Part shown: piece after piece, positions 23,401 to 38,400 of the stretch
Layout: the number at the start of each line of letters is the position of its first letter
Numbering within the stretch: the stretch's first letter is position 1
NCBI RefSeq assembly: GCF_964204865.1
Contig: NC_135261.1
Coordinates: 18,910,001 to 18,974,000 of the forward strand
Length of the DNA stretch: 64,000 nt
Reading direction: 5' to 3'
Source of the DNA: Styela clava
Lineage: Eukaryota
Translations under genes and position numbers: made by a program
Notes under the pieces: generated by a model
Database searches by the model: none
The model's input: the letters and a program-made list of their open reading frames with translations, nothing else
What the model was told of the DNA's origin: nothing

Positions 23401-26400
23401 TTAGTGTGTTAATTAACTTGGTTTTGCATAAGACAGAAGTTAGAGTAGGATCGTTTCTTAGTTAATACACATGATATTTGGCTTGCTCATTTTTAAGTCT
23501 TGGCAGCAGCCAAACTTTCATTTGTTACAAAATAATATGCTCAGGCTTACCTAGACTTAAATACTGTATCTATCGTATTTTGCACATCTACAGTACTGTG
23601 TTCGCTCTGTTTTAGAGCATAACAGGCGCTGCATGATACTATGTCAGAGCAATTTTTTGTGGTGTTCTATTAAATTCACCTAATTAACATCAGACGCGAT
23701 CGACTTCTCGAAACGGCAGGATACTAGAAAAAGAAACTCAATACAGGAGAAGACTATTTCTCGAATCTTATCACATAAATAAAGAGAAGAATTCGATGAA
23801 TGACAAAGAAACCACACGCCTGTGTATAAATCATTGTTTAAATAGTCCCCTTTTTGTTTGAACTTGCGCTAGTTTGTTTATTTATACATAATATTATCTT
23901 ATCATCCTTTTAGATTAGAGTTGACGCCATGATAATTTTTTTCATATTTTTCCCTTTTTCTTTTTCTTGCTCTGTATATATCCACTTGTGTCCTTTCCAT
24001 ATCATGCCCTGATGAAGTTTTTCTGTATAGAAATTTGAAACGTCGGCAAATTACATCGTTTTGCTAACACCGGTTGTGCTTCATTTATTATCAACATGAG
24101 TTTACCTGGTGGCAATCACGCACTTCTCGAGATGTGGTGATCGATCGGTCGATCACGATCGAGTTAATGCATGCTGTTGCAGGTTATTAAAAAGACCTAG
24201 CGATCTACAGCCAAAATCTCACGATACAAATTTTATGCCAATGTACTTTCATGTTTGTACACAATTGAAATTCTTATCGCTCCTTTTATTTCCAGGCATC
24301 ATCTCCTCAGTTCCGCACTCCACATCCAAGTGAATTAATTTTACCGTTTTCCTCATGTAATGAATCACCTATTGGTGTCTGTAAGTAAATTCTTTGTTTT
24401 CGAATTCAAAACTATTGTCTTGAAAAACAATGGGACTATGATAGTAATGGATATAGCGCACTAACTACCATTCACAGTGGTACCAGTGTTATATATTATG
24501 CTCAAAAACAAAGAATTGTATATCAGTGGTTCCCAACCATTTCTGGCTCGTGGCCCCATTCCTGATGCTTTTAGCACTTGTGTATAAATATTTACATTCA
24601 CTAATAAATCGGCAATATAGGTATCGAAATTACAATACCAGAAGTTGCTCGGTGATTGGCCAAGGAGGGGGGGGATTATTACTACACCATTGATTCAAAA
24701 TGAGTTAGGTTCAAATTAATTAATAAAATTAATATTCTAATTATATCAAAGGGCCGATTAATTTGTTTCCGTTATTGCAAATGTTTTAGGTTTAATAGCT
24801 GCATCAACACCATTCCAAGGGCAAAGAAATCCATCCACATCATCCATAAATGAGTTGCTTATAAAGAATCGTGCTCAAGGTAAATTTTTCACTCTTTCAT
24901 TCTTTTATATTTTAGGACTTGCATACATCATGCATGGATCAATTTATTTCAATATGTTATTAATAATTAGGGTTAGGTTCATTTTGTCAATCTTTATTGT
25001 GATCAAATATCAGCTTGACAGTGAAGTGATAAGAATGTTTTAGTTATTTTATATCATTTTAAATAGTATTGAAATAATGTTATGGGAGTTGCACATATTG
25101 TTCAGCAATTGGAATTACATTTTTAAATTTTGTGTTTGAAGTTGAATTCTTTAAATATGAATATACCCCCTGCCGATATGTTTCAGTCCGTTTATACAAC
25201 TTAAGGTAAAGTAGGCGAACAAAATTAGTTTCCTCTATATTGGTACATACACTTCTGGGACGCTTTTTGACCAATAGTATTAAATTATCTAGATTCAACT
25301 CTTTCACACAGATCTTTCTGATAGCAGACATTGAAATGAAGTCCCAATTAGAGCATTTGATTTAACCTCTATTCAACTTTTTTTAGGCAATGCTACTTTT
25401 AATATGGATAAAGGAAAAGGCAGTAGTACTTTTGTGCTCGGTGCCAATGAGAGTCGGATAGGTGACGGCACTTTCGTAAAAGAAAATAATAATCAGACTT
25501 TTTGCAAGGAAGAAAATCTAACTTTTGATGTAAAATCCTCTGAAAAAGGTAAGTTTCTGAGGTAATTGTCTGCCCAAACCCAAGCAGATATTTAAATGCA
25601 AAAAAATAGCTTAAAGCTTTTACACCACACCTCGAATTTTTAAAATTGAAACTTGAGATTTGATATTAACACACGTTTCTTCAGATTTTTCCTCACTTCA
25701 CATATAACTCTAGTGTGCGAAAATTTCTGTTTTTTTTGTATAAATGCCCAGTCCCTGTTAAGAAGAAATATAAATATTGTCTCTCATATATCTTTGCGAT
25801 CAAGAATTTCTTATCTTCGGTACTGCTGCAAGAAAAGTAATCAAAAACATGACGAGAACTCCACTTAAATTTTTTAATCGATGAAAAGGTATATGAATCA
25901 TAATATATTGCCTCGATTTACCATTTAATATTTAAAACTTGCAATTGCTCTGAATGTATACCGGTAAGTAATGGAGGGAGCTTATTTCATTAATGACTAT
26001 TGCGTAACCAATTCCCAAACCTTTAATATTGTAGAACGGTGTAGTAGAATTTCTACCCCATGGAATACTATCTGTGAAATTCGATATGACACCTTTAGCC
26101 TTAAGTCAGGATTGTACTTACCAGATTAAATTAATATAAAAGTAGATTTTTAAATCCAGTCCTTGTTAGCTAAATTATGGTATTCTCTTACATCTTTCTG
26201 TTAAATAACATCATACAAAATTGTTTTCACATAATTGGATTATCTTTTTCATCCCGAGATGAAATAAACCATTATTAAGAAAACATACGATTTTGTTCGA
26301 AATCCCAAATCTTTTATAGTTCACACTCGAATGATCAAACTATTTTCATTACCTTTGCTCTCCATCCAAAGTCACATTCAATTCGAATACAATACAAATG

Positions 26401-29400
26401 AAATTGATAGTTTCATGGTTCAGATTATATTATTACCGGTCTGTGTAACTCTTCAATAATACACATTAGAGGTAATAAATGCTTATACTGGCTTTCAGTC
26501 ACTTATCTATAATCTCCATGATTGAATCACGCACGACATGGCATAGATAACAAAACTACATCTTCAAATAGAAGGACAGTAAACAGAACCAGTTAACGAT
26601 TGTGATTGCATGTATAGGCCTACACACATATCATCTGCAATGTTGCAAATTATCTGTAATTGTATATATTGCATATTAAATCTGTGAATTTTCCTGCATA
26701 CTTCAACGATAGAATTACCTAAAAAATAATGAAAAAAGTTGAGGCACCCAATATTTGTGAATGAACTAAGAGAATGACTTATTTTCATTTATATACCGTA
26801 TATGCAATATCTGGATCAGTGTTTCTCAAACATTTCAGTCAAAGAATTAAACAAATCAGTCGCTCAACTTTGAATTATTTTTTGTCATATCATCGTGAAT
26901 TGCACTTCGCAAAGGCCTTAGCTCATGGCCCCCAGCCCCCCACCACATGCTTGAGAAGCCCTAATCTAGATGCTGTCGAATTTTTTTCTTCATCATCAGT
27001 ACTAGTTTGAGTAGTTTTGATTGGCCTATCAATTTCTTTAGATTCTGGATCAGATATTATGGATTCTTGCACACATCTTGAATCAAGCGCAGAGTCTGCA
27101 GACGACAAAGGACAAAGAAAGCCATTGCGATCATTACCTCAGGTGACTTAACATAATGTCTTTTACAAGTATCTGTTTGACTTGATTTATCTATGGCCAA
27201 TACACGATTAAAAGTTTATCCTTCATATTCGCCCATGGGATATTTCCTTGGATATTGATTTTAACTTCATAATTGGATCGAAACTGCGAGGGATTTTATT
27301 GAATTGGTAGCTTGACTATGTATTATAAACTCAGCTGCTTATCGCAGGATCGTTTTCAATATATTTTGGTTGAAAAGACTAGAAACCTCTAATTATTATT
27401 AATTACAGCAGGGGATAGATCAGTTCCCTAAGTTAGTCATGTTAGTAGTAAAAGCAGTAATTATAACAGGTACACATAATATGGAATGTTTATATTCTAC
27501 TATTCCTAAATTCATTTATTTGTTTAAATTAGTGATTTGGCAAAATTCTGAAACTTTAAACAAACTGAATTAATTGAATTCCGTACCAGACTCAAATTAT
27601 TCTGATGTAGCCTAATTTATTAAATTTATTTAACATATACACTGACTGGAAAGCCTTTAAATTTTCAAGTACCTATTCTATTTATGGTATGTTAGTAAAT
27701 ACCCTAAAGCACCATACACACGTACACTCGACAATATTATGTTATTCATTGAATACTTCAATACTTATACTATAATACTAGCAAGCTCGGTAACAATGTA
27801 TTTTTTTGCTCTGGGTTGGTTATAATAATACCTATGTACATATTGTACAATTGTAGAAAGAGTAAAATGAGTAAAATGAGTCCAATCTCTCAGGTTTTAT
27901 CGAACGAATGTGAGCGTGGTAATTCAGTATCTGTTCGTTCTTCATCTTCCATAAGTCATTGATAAGTTGTGCTTTTTTGTATGATTTACTATGTCTCATG
28001 CTTGCTAATTCTTGAAGAGTTTTTTTCCACCATGCCACCTTCATTCATTATTCAGGTCTGTCTATTTGATGGCATTTCAGCCTGATTCAGAATATAACTG
28101 CTGTTTTACTGCGTTGCCGTTGCGTATAATGTAGAAAAATCTTTGTAAAATATAAGTTGTGATTGGCTAGTTTGAAATATAACAAAGTGCAAAATTAGAG
28201 ATTATAACAGGATTTATATCATAACAGCTTAGGGTTGAATATTATTATTAACTGTATTAAAATGATGAAAGGCACGTCGGGGATGCTCAGCAATTCTAGA
28301 TAAATTCAAATTTTTTCAACAGTGTTAAGCTGGTTACTTATTTACAATTACTGGATTTCTACCAAACTTGTAATTTGGCAATATTTGACTCTTATCGTAG
28401 ATAATTGTCTTCAATATTGTGTATCTAAGGTTAGGGTAAGTTAGAAGGTGTAACAACAACCTATCCTAAGGGAAACCGAAACCCATAACCGAACAGTACC
28501 TAGGCATCTACCTATCAGCAAGTTTTCTCTCTCTCCCTTGTTTTTATATCATTCTCAATTAGCAATCAATATTTTGATCCAAGCAATATTGAAGAAAATA
28601 AAAATAAAATTGACCATCTCAATTAATTTATCAGTGTTGTGTTGTGTATGTTTATTTTTGGAGTTAAATGAAGCTTTGTCAAATTATTTCTGCTGAATAT
28701 TTCTTGACTAATCTTTAAAGATTGAAAATGACAGTTGGTGCATCGGTAAGTTACCTAAATAGTTAGACAATTATTTGCATGTGTAAAAATATAGCTGTTA
28801 CAAAAGTCTGTAAATTTTACACAGTGAAATTTTTTTTTTATTGCAATACAATTCAAACCATGAATAATAATTGTAATTTGAATGTTCAATGAGGTACTGA
28901 AAAACACTTTGCACGATGAATCGATGATAACAATTTTGTATTGAGAACTATCTTATTAGTATATTACTAGAGTTGAGGATTTGAAGTTCACAGTAACACT
29001 CTACCACAATGGTAACCAACCTTTTTTGGAATATTTCAATCTTTGTCTATTATTATTGGATCATTTTTGGGGATTTTGAATCTCCCTGATTTTCAGTGAC
29101 ATTGTTTAATTTGTCTCTCAACAATGAAAAACTGGAAAATATAATCCAGTCTAGCTTCCAATGATTACATTTGCTCGAACCTCATGTCATTGCTTTCACT
29201 GATAACGCCACACAATTAGAAGGTGGCCAGCGTTGATAAATTATGTTAACATGATAGCGCGCTTAATAAAGTATTTTCTGGCTGCGAAAGTTCGAGATGT
29301 TACTATTTGTTCTAAACAGAAGGTAGGGCTTTCAAAGTAGATAAATTTAAATTGGAGTATTACGCTGGATGTGCCCCTGCTAACCAGGTCTACTCAGATT

Positions 29401-32400
29401 TTTTATATTATTATTATTAATAATATTATCATCTGTATGATATGTGATGAATTCAATGTCAAATTATTCTTCAATTATCTCTTGCAGCCGAAAGCAACTC
29501 ATAACACGAATACTTCCAACAGAAATGCGACTAAAAAAGGTTCTCGTCTTGCTGCTCCAAGAATGAACACTGCTGCAATTTCTAGAATACAGGTACATTA
29601 CAGTTCACATCGTACTATTTTATTAATATGTAAATTTATATTTCCAAAAAAATAATAGCTTCAGAACTATAGTGTGGCTGATGTTTTTGAATTATTAGAA
29701 TTGTAAATATGCAAATTTAACTTGAAACTTGATGAATTAATATCAAATTTATATGCTCAAACGGATGGGTTTTGAATGTGGAATAATAATTAGACAGTCA
29801 AGACTGGAGCTACTAAGATTTCTCTGGTTCCAACAAAATGTCACAGCTTCTTGGCTTCTAACTCCAGCTCTGCAGCCCTTTCTTGAGTTAAAGGCATATA
29901 TTTTCTTTGCCTCCGGTTGCTATTGATATACTCTTCCATCGGGATGTATTCTCATTGATAGTATTGTTTTGGCACAAGACCAGTATTGTAGCATTGGACC
30001 TAGTGGTTGAAGCGTTTCAAATCCAATGCCCACCATCTCAAACATGGCATAATATTATAAGTAGGCAGTTCCGAACCGGAAAGTCTATATTTTTTTATAA
30101 ATTTCATTTCTGATGTTATTTTGAAAGTCTCAAAATTGCGTATTTCGCCATTACCATTTGTAACTGGACAATGTTATGTGTATTTTAGGCAAGATCACCA
30201 GGATCAGTTGCATCATCGACTGATAGCAGTAAAACTATAAAGAAACCCAACAACATTGGAAATGCAACGAAAGCAAGAAAATCACTTTTACCTCCTTCTA
30301 TAACAAGATCATCTGCAGTAAACAATAGAAATAGAAAATGTTCCACTGTTGCTGAAGAACCAACAACCAGCAATGTACCAACAAAAACTACTAGAAATGT
30401 TACATCTGGAAGTACTCCAACAAAGAGGAAAGCACAGGAGAGTCCAAAACGTATAGGTAGGAAGAATTTCATTGTTGCTATTTTTCGTACAAGGTTCTGT
30501 ACAAGCCAGGCTAATATAGTTCGAATGGGCAGGAACCTTTTTGGTTTAATATTACCTACCCAATTAATTACACCCGGGATAAGTTGGTGGCCATTGTTTT
30601 TGGACCTGAGATTTCAACATGCAATGTTATCATGGTTAAGTCTATGACTTTCTCACTGGCCCGCTGCCCTCTTTGTTTTAATGTCTCCATATCTCTGCTG
30701 ATGTTACAAATTATATTCATGATTAACAAAAAATTTCAATTTTTTGATCAAACAATTATCATTTATTAGAAAATAACCAACATCACACTAGCTTGGATTC
30801 TCAATTGACGTGGTAAATTTTGTCAGTAAGAATTCCACGAATCTCTACTACACGAATAGGCTATCGACTTTATAAAATGATTTGATGTGACCATTGAAGC
30901 ACATATCACATTGTAATAATTGTTGAAATTGCAAACGTCCCCTTTTGCATTGTGTGCAATGAACTGCAGAGGAGACTTTGTTTGTTGGATATGAAAATGT
31001 TGTTATGACATTGCTGCATACTTAACACAATCAATCTAAGGTGTTGTTTACATCCCCATTCTATATTGAAAATTCTTGCAAAGCTCAATCCTCCACAATC
31101 CACATGATGAGTCATAATGTGTATTTATGAAAATGAGAATATTGGTGGTGAATGAACTAATGAAAATTCGAGGGGTAAATGGGGGATTAATGGTTGAGAA
31201 CCCCTGCACAAGTGTGAGTGTCGAATACCAGGTATTTTTTATCTGGTTGGTGCTAATGATGAATCTATATTGAGCATAGATGCTTAGAAATATACTGTTT
31301 CAACCTTTCAGAGGCTCTGGGAAGAGCAAATTCATTCATCTTTCATTGCTTGAATAGGCCTACTAAATAATATGAATTTATATAGAAGCAAACTTAATAC
31401 TTGCAAAACAAATTGATCTTCAAAAAATAACAACTTTAATAATAGTTGCAACCAAATAGGTACATGGTTATATTCAAACGATATATCGTACATATATTAA
31501 TTAATAATAGAAACTCTCGGATTCAAAAGTGCAGGACCCCTGGACTATACTGAGCAAACCCTAAGGTACAGCGATTGAAAACGCTGGTCTACATGCTTGC
31601 TATCAGTCTACACTTATATAATGCCAGCAGATTTCCAAGTTGTGCGTTTATTTTATAAAATTTTTAAAAATCCAATACATCATTAAAATATAAAAGCATT
31701 TATTTTTGTGTTTTGTTAGTCTTATTTTAAATTTGAGTTGGTTCAAAAACAACTATACAGATGTGAATTGAGGTCTCTTCGTGATACAGTCATCAGTTAG
31801 TGAATTCCCAATGGTGATCGTTAACCGGTTTAAATTAGTCAATAACATATTCCTGAAACGTCATGTACTTAAATTGGCAATGAGATATATTACACATTGC
31901 CAAGACCAGGTAGAACAACATTTAAACAATGGCCATCTATGAAAAGTACACTTACGATATGATATATTCACACCCCTAACATGGTAAATGAAACTAGTTT
32001 TGTCAGTGAGAGGATTAGTAATAGAAGCTGTATTAGTGAATTACTCAGGACTAATTAGTTGCTTATCCTTCATGATCAGGACTTAGAGGTACTTATAGAG
32101 TTACAAACTTACTTTTGCAATGGAGTGTGGTCAACTTATTATTTGTAAACAGTATTTGTAGATATTCTATGAAAAGTTTGCGATATTTGATTTCTTTCAC
32201 AACTTTTCATCACTGTTAGGTAAAATTTGAAAATATTCAGCCAATAAGTTATATTGAGTCAGTAAGCAAGGAATATGGATATGTATAGTACATCAAGGCA
32301 ATGTTTTAATTACTTACCTGATTTAAGTTAAACTGCAATTTACTTGGTATGTATTCACAAGAATAAGTTGCTATTCTAAATCATGTTACAATTAAATTAG

Positions 32401-35400
32401 ATATTTAATAGAAAGTCAGATGAGCAGGTCTCTACAGATTACCAACCTGAGTGTCACCAAATTCAATGTCAACCAAATGGAGCATAACATGTTCAATCTA
32501 ACTTACCGCAAGCCTAACTGTTGGAAAAGATATTAATACAACCAAATACCTTAAACACTTTAATGAAAAATAACACAAAACATGTTTAGAATAGGATAGG
32601 AGAAATGGCATAATCCAATAGTAAAGTTTTCAAGATATATACTCAGTTGGGTAGTTTGAGGCAGGAAAGTTGTGAGAAATATTGATTTGATGGGTTTATT
32701 AAGTTTTCAGAAATTACATGAAGGCTTTTAACTTAAAGCCCTGTAAAACGTCAGTTTCTCAAAATGATAATTTTTTAGCACAACAGTCTTAATATATTCT
32801 TCAATTAATTAAGAATTGAAAATATTGAATATAATTAATTCAGAGTCAATATTTAATATTCGTTCTGAACACCGCTGGCGCCTGTACTGAAAACATATTT
32901 GATATTTCTTTTAAATTAAAGGGATCAGATATTCTCAACACCAACACAAAAGGAATCCTGGATTACACTTGTTACGGCACAATATAGATACCGATCGAAT
33001 GATCGAGTATTGTGCAAACAATATACGACACGCACTTCTATTTGTTCTAATTTCTTGAGTATCAAAACAATTGTTACAGGTGCCCATGATAATACGCGGA
33101 GAAACATATAGTATGCTCCGATCGTGATGGGTGGACAGTAGTTAGCGTTGTTAAACAGTCGCTATTTGCTTTGCTATTATTTCTATCATTTAGGCGTGGT
33201 CAGAACTTAGCCGAGATAAAAAGTATTTCTGTAGCCCAGCACCTGTCTGAATTCAGGAGTTGCAATGTCATTCGGTTCAGCTTTAATTGAGTTGTTGAAT
33301 TCATTGAGATATTGTCAAATATTTTATATATGAATTCTTCCTGTCATTATCAAGGATTGAATACAACAATAGTTGACTCATTGATTGTTTAACTTATTGT
33401 ATTGACATGTGAAATAATCGGTAGACGGTATCAAAGTTGTTCTTATAAGAAGCAGTAGTAAGTTCAATGGTTGTTGGTCAGAGTTTTATAAGGAATAAGC
33501 TACAAATGATAAATGGCACAAATAAGCAAGTAATTGGTAATGAAAGTGATAGTCTTCAGTTATTATTTGCAATAAAATATTACTATCAGTATATATAGTC
33601 CTGCTTATTAGTATGTCTCACATCAAATGTATATTCTGTGGTTAGTTTATTTATGGAATAGAGAAAAAATTTAGTCACCAATAATACTCTTTAGTATTTT
33701 GAAAAAGAGTTGAAGGTTGAAAGTTATGACATAAAATAGAGGTTTTTCATTCACCATTAGAAAGAAATTCATTTTATTAAGATTACCATGTGTGACAATT
33801 TCAGTATTCTCAATTAAAATTTTCAAGTACAGAAAGCTAAATGAGGGATTTTGATAAATATTTATATTTAAGCGTTAAGAAAACATTAAAATTTTTGGTT
33901 ATATTTTTGTCACATTCTAGCCAACAAAATAACATATTTTTAAAATCAAAGATTCAGAATATGGATACCAAAGTATCAAAACTAATTCTAATATTTGATG
34001 CCCCTGGGAATTATCATTTGGGTAATTTTTTATTTTTCATTTATTATTATTTTCTTATTACTTCATCATTACTACTATTATGAATAACCTATTACTATTA
34101 CTCTAGTATTTCAAAAAAGGTTTATTTCATTTCTAAAAAAAAATAAACATTACATAAAAGTATTGGCAAATTCTTTCTGAACTCCTGTATAACTGTGTAA
34201 TATTCATGTTCCCATGAGCGTCTTTAGTTTGAGATGATCATGTTGATGAAATTTATGAGCAAACAATATGATTTTCCTCCATCATATCAGTGTAATAATT
34301 TTGTAAAAGATATTTTTCACACTAGTGAGTTATCACAATGGCGCCATGGGATTTACATATATATTACTTTATTAAACCAAATATTTATTAACATTCATTT
34401 TCATAAATGACTTTGCTTTTAATTTTAAACTAATCATTTCAACTGTATGCATGATTGTTATAGTACAATATAAATGTATATCTTTGTTTCTATAGGAAGA
34501 TGAATAAATGGAATTTTTATTATTTGTTTAGGTCGGTCACCAAAAATCCCTGGTGGTAGAAGTGTTGTTCCTCCGCGAGTCACAACAACCGCATCAACAC
34601 GAAGTAATAGTGCTCCAACGTCCAAGTTAACATCGACTACAGCAAGAAGTTCTCGGCCTCACAGACCGTCCGGTTTGAAAGGTATGTTATTGCGGTATAT
34701 TTGTAGTTTGTAATTCACTTGAAGTCATGACTTTTCTCGAACAATATTTTACAAAAATATATTTGTGGTAGTGTGAAGCAGGACTCTTGAATTACATAAT
34801 ATAGCCTAGTCATGTTTATCTCTGCTACATCATCCTTGGTTAGATTTGCGTAACCCAAACTCATCATATTTGTAATTATTGTGAAGATCATGTTTTGTTG
34901 CACTGCGTTACTGTGTCTTTATGTTTTATTTTCGATATCAACACATTTCAATGCTCAAGTTGTTTTTTTTTTAATCGGAAAATTTTCATTACTTCTATCA
35001 CTATCTGTTTAGGTCCATATGCATTCTCACGATCGACTTCTAACATTGGCACCAGCAAATTAGTTGGAAGTTCAGGGTCTGTACTCACATCAACAAAATC
35101 TATCTCAAGACCATTAAGTAACAATAATAACAAAGTAGTTTCTCAAAGTGAAGCTACCTCCAGTGCACTGACTGATAGCGGGAATTTGAGAAGTAAGTAT
35201 GGTGGACAAACAATGATGATTTTGCAACTCAACTATAATTTTCCCATTTTATAATAAGCTATTTGAGTCTTGTTGTTACTTGTTAGTAATTGAATTCTTG
35301 TTAAAAGGTGATCCCGTTAGTCTTACCATCTCTGTGAAATAAGATGTTCTTCGATCTTTATCTGAAATCCTTAGATGACACATTTTTTTCGAAACCATCA

Positions 35401-38400
35401 AATGTGCCAAAATAATGTACCATTAGAATTTGGGTGAAAATTACAAAAAACAGAAGTGCAGGACATTTTCAGCTTTATAACTGAAATTCTGACCGCTGTT
35501 GATCTAGATCTGAATACAGAAGCAGGCATTTATTGTTATCTCAACAATCCCAAAAAATTTTCTAAGTGTCTAAAATTTACCCTCAGTTCCATTTACTTTT
35601 GAATATTTTAATATTGTTGTATTATTTTAAATTTCAATATCATTTATAATATTATGTTAACAGAACCAAAGCTGACTGAACAAACCAAATCATCTACAAA
35701 GTCGACACCAAAAAATACAGAATGTGTTACAGCATTATCTATACTCCTTGACTATGTTGTCAATAAGGTAAGTTGATTATTTTAATACAATTTTTTTGTT
35801 TCAAACGACTCAATACTTCATCTAATGGTATGAGTTATGCAATAATTTCTTGGTCTAGCAGCAGGTGATGTCAAATTGCACGAGGTGTTGAATGAATTCA
35901 AACAATATGAAATCAGTTGATAGAGTCTACTAGGAAAGATTAAATATACTTGGTAGTCGGTGCATCTGGTTATGCTCGAATTCTGTGAGGGATAATAGTG
36001 TGCAAGAGTATTGCTGAACTTCTTGCCACTGTAGAGTGGTTCACAACTTCACGTCGAATCCATGCATTTGAAACAAATAACTTGTTAACTATTTACATAC
36101 TTGACATAACTGGTAACCAGGGGAAAGGTTGTGGTTGGCTATATGAATAATTCGTATTACCGAATTCCCGCTCTCTGAGACGACTATGAATATCCTATAC
36201 TATTGTATTCTAGTAATGTAACGTCATGTCATGCTTGTGTAAGGTAAGCTCAATTACAATATAATGAAATTAATGGTGCTTCGAAGCGCAGGTAACTGAA
36301 GGGTGAATCCCAGAAACGACAAAAAGGAATGATATGTTAGCATTTTTCACTCCTGTGTAGTAGTGACTTAATATTGTATTTATAAAAGAAAATGGACCTG
36401 TAACTGACATTTAGAATCTTATGTCATTAATTTTGATGGGAGTTGAAGAATGTCAGTCATTGACCATGTGCTTATTAATTCTTATTTTATTCCATGTCTG
36501 AAAATATGATTCACTTAATATTTGAGAATATATATTCCTCAAATACATGACTTGCTGTTTTTTTTGTTCCATTGGTATTGTGGATATTACTGATTAAATG
36601 TCCGAATATATGTTTGTTTTTGCCTCAATCAATATAGAATTCATATCTCTTTTCAAATAAAAATTAACCGATCTGCAGTTTCAATCTTAGGAAATTTTTG
36701 TCCTTTGCACAAATTGCAAGATATGGGCATGGGTGCGATGATTTAGTGCTAAAGCATTAGACATAACTATGTTGGCATCGCAGGTTACACATTTCTTGCT
36801 CACTACCTGACACAGGGTGTAATATAGTTCTGCAAGACTCACTCAGAGTTGCAGTGTCAAGTTATTAAGGGATGGGCCGGGATTCGCATCCGGACTCGAA
36901 TTAAGTCGAATCCAGGCATTTTTTGGACTCTGATTCAATTTCGAGTCCCTGCCATTTTTACTGAGCCTATAATCAATTCTGTTTTTACTAATTTACGCCT
37001 ATGTTTGTACTTTTATCTCTATAAATCTCACTACATACCTTAACTATAGTTGAAATTCGAAGTTAGATATGTAACAATATCCCTGTGTGTATTATAAACA
37101 CTCCTAATAAAAACGACGACAGATATCCAGATAATATAACGCAAGTTAAAAACTATTGATAGCTTATAACAATGATGCGCAAGTCGCCTTCAAACTATCT
37201 ATCCTTTTTGGTATACATGTGGCGCACAATAAAATATATGTTAGCGCAATATTTTGAGTTTTCGATTTGCGTAAATAAATGTGGAACATGCTCAGGATCA
37301 ACCCAAGGGGGAATCTCATCAATACCTCTTTTAAATCGAGTTTATTATGTGCAAATAGGGGGCAATGGAAAGCATGGAGCGATTTAAAACGTTTACATGA
37401 ACCACTAAATTACAAGCATTGTATTGACGATCATTGGCATCTCTCTACCATTTGCGCACGCGATATAGTAAATTTAGGGCTAGAAGTATCTGGAATTATG
37501 CGGATTATTTTATTCCGCGGGCCGTATGTTGCCGACCGCTGATCTAAGTGATCATTCTAAAACATTCAATTTGAAAAAAATAACTAAACTTGAAAAGTGT
37601 TCTTGACATTTATTCATTTCCTATGTTGTTATAAATGTTGGTAATTTCGTGAAAAATCTTTGTCATTATCAATGTCTTCTCAAGGCTAAATATCAATAAT
37701 AGTAATAGTTAAAGCTTGATCGAGCAAATTGGCTTTTCAAAAGTGTGCATCCAACTGGTAGCCCTTAGCTTAATTGTTACACGGGAAGTAGACCTCGGCT
37801 TCATAAAGGTTGGTGACCCCCCTGGTTTGGATTAAGGTCGCAATAAAACAAGGAATATAATATGCTGCATATTTGTAACGCGTAATCCAATGCACCAGAC
37901 ATTTGAGGTACATTTGTACCTCATTTATTATCGCCGTATCTCTCAACATTCTTCAAATGATAAGTTGATGTCATGCAACTATTTCCAACGTTACACAAAA
38001 TAATACCTGTTTTGTTTGAATATCCATTCACCGTAGACATCATTCGATAGATAGCTTAAGTAGTGCTCTTTGTGTTACTATAAAGGAACCGTTGGAATTG
38101 CATTAGAGAAGTGTCGGTACTTCACACATACTTAAACATTATCAACTCTTTTTATTTACATTTTATAATAATAGCAGCCCAAGCTTGCACGGCATTTCAA
38201 ATACTCAAATCAAACACCATCTTTGCTTGACGCTGTGTTATACAATACTCACATTAGCAAATGTTTACTTCGCTTTTTCCAGATAGACGGCCCCACCCCT
38301 TATATATATACCATAGACTAGTGCTATGTCGTCGCCCAGACTTTCGTGAATAGAAATAGACAGGCGTAATGTCGATCTTTCGACAAAGTTTTTTACAGAA

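Noticed and set aside
27832-28090. Minus-strand peptide loosely resembling an RTE LINE C-terminus with a short tandem tail
   Set aside because: Similarity too weak to call without a profile search
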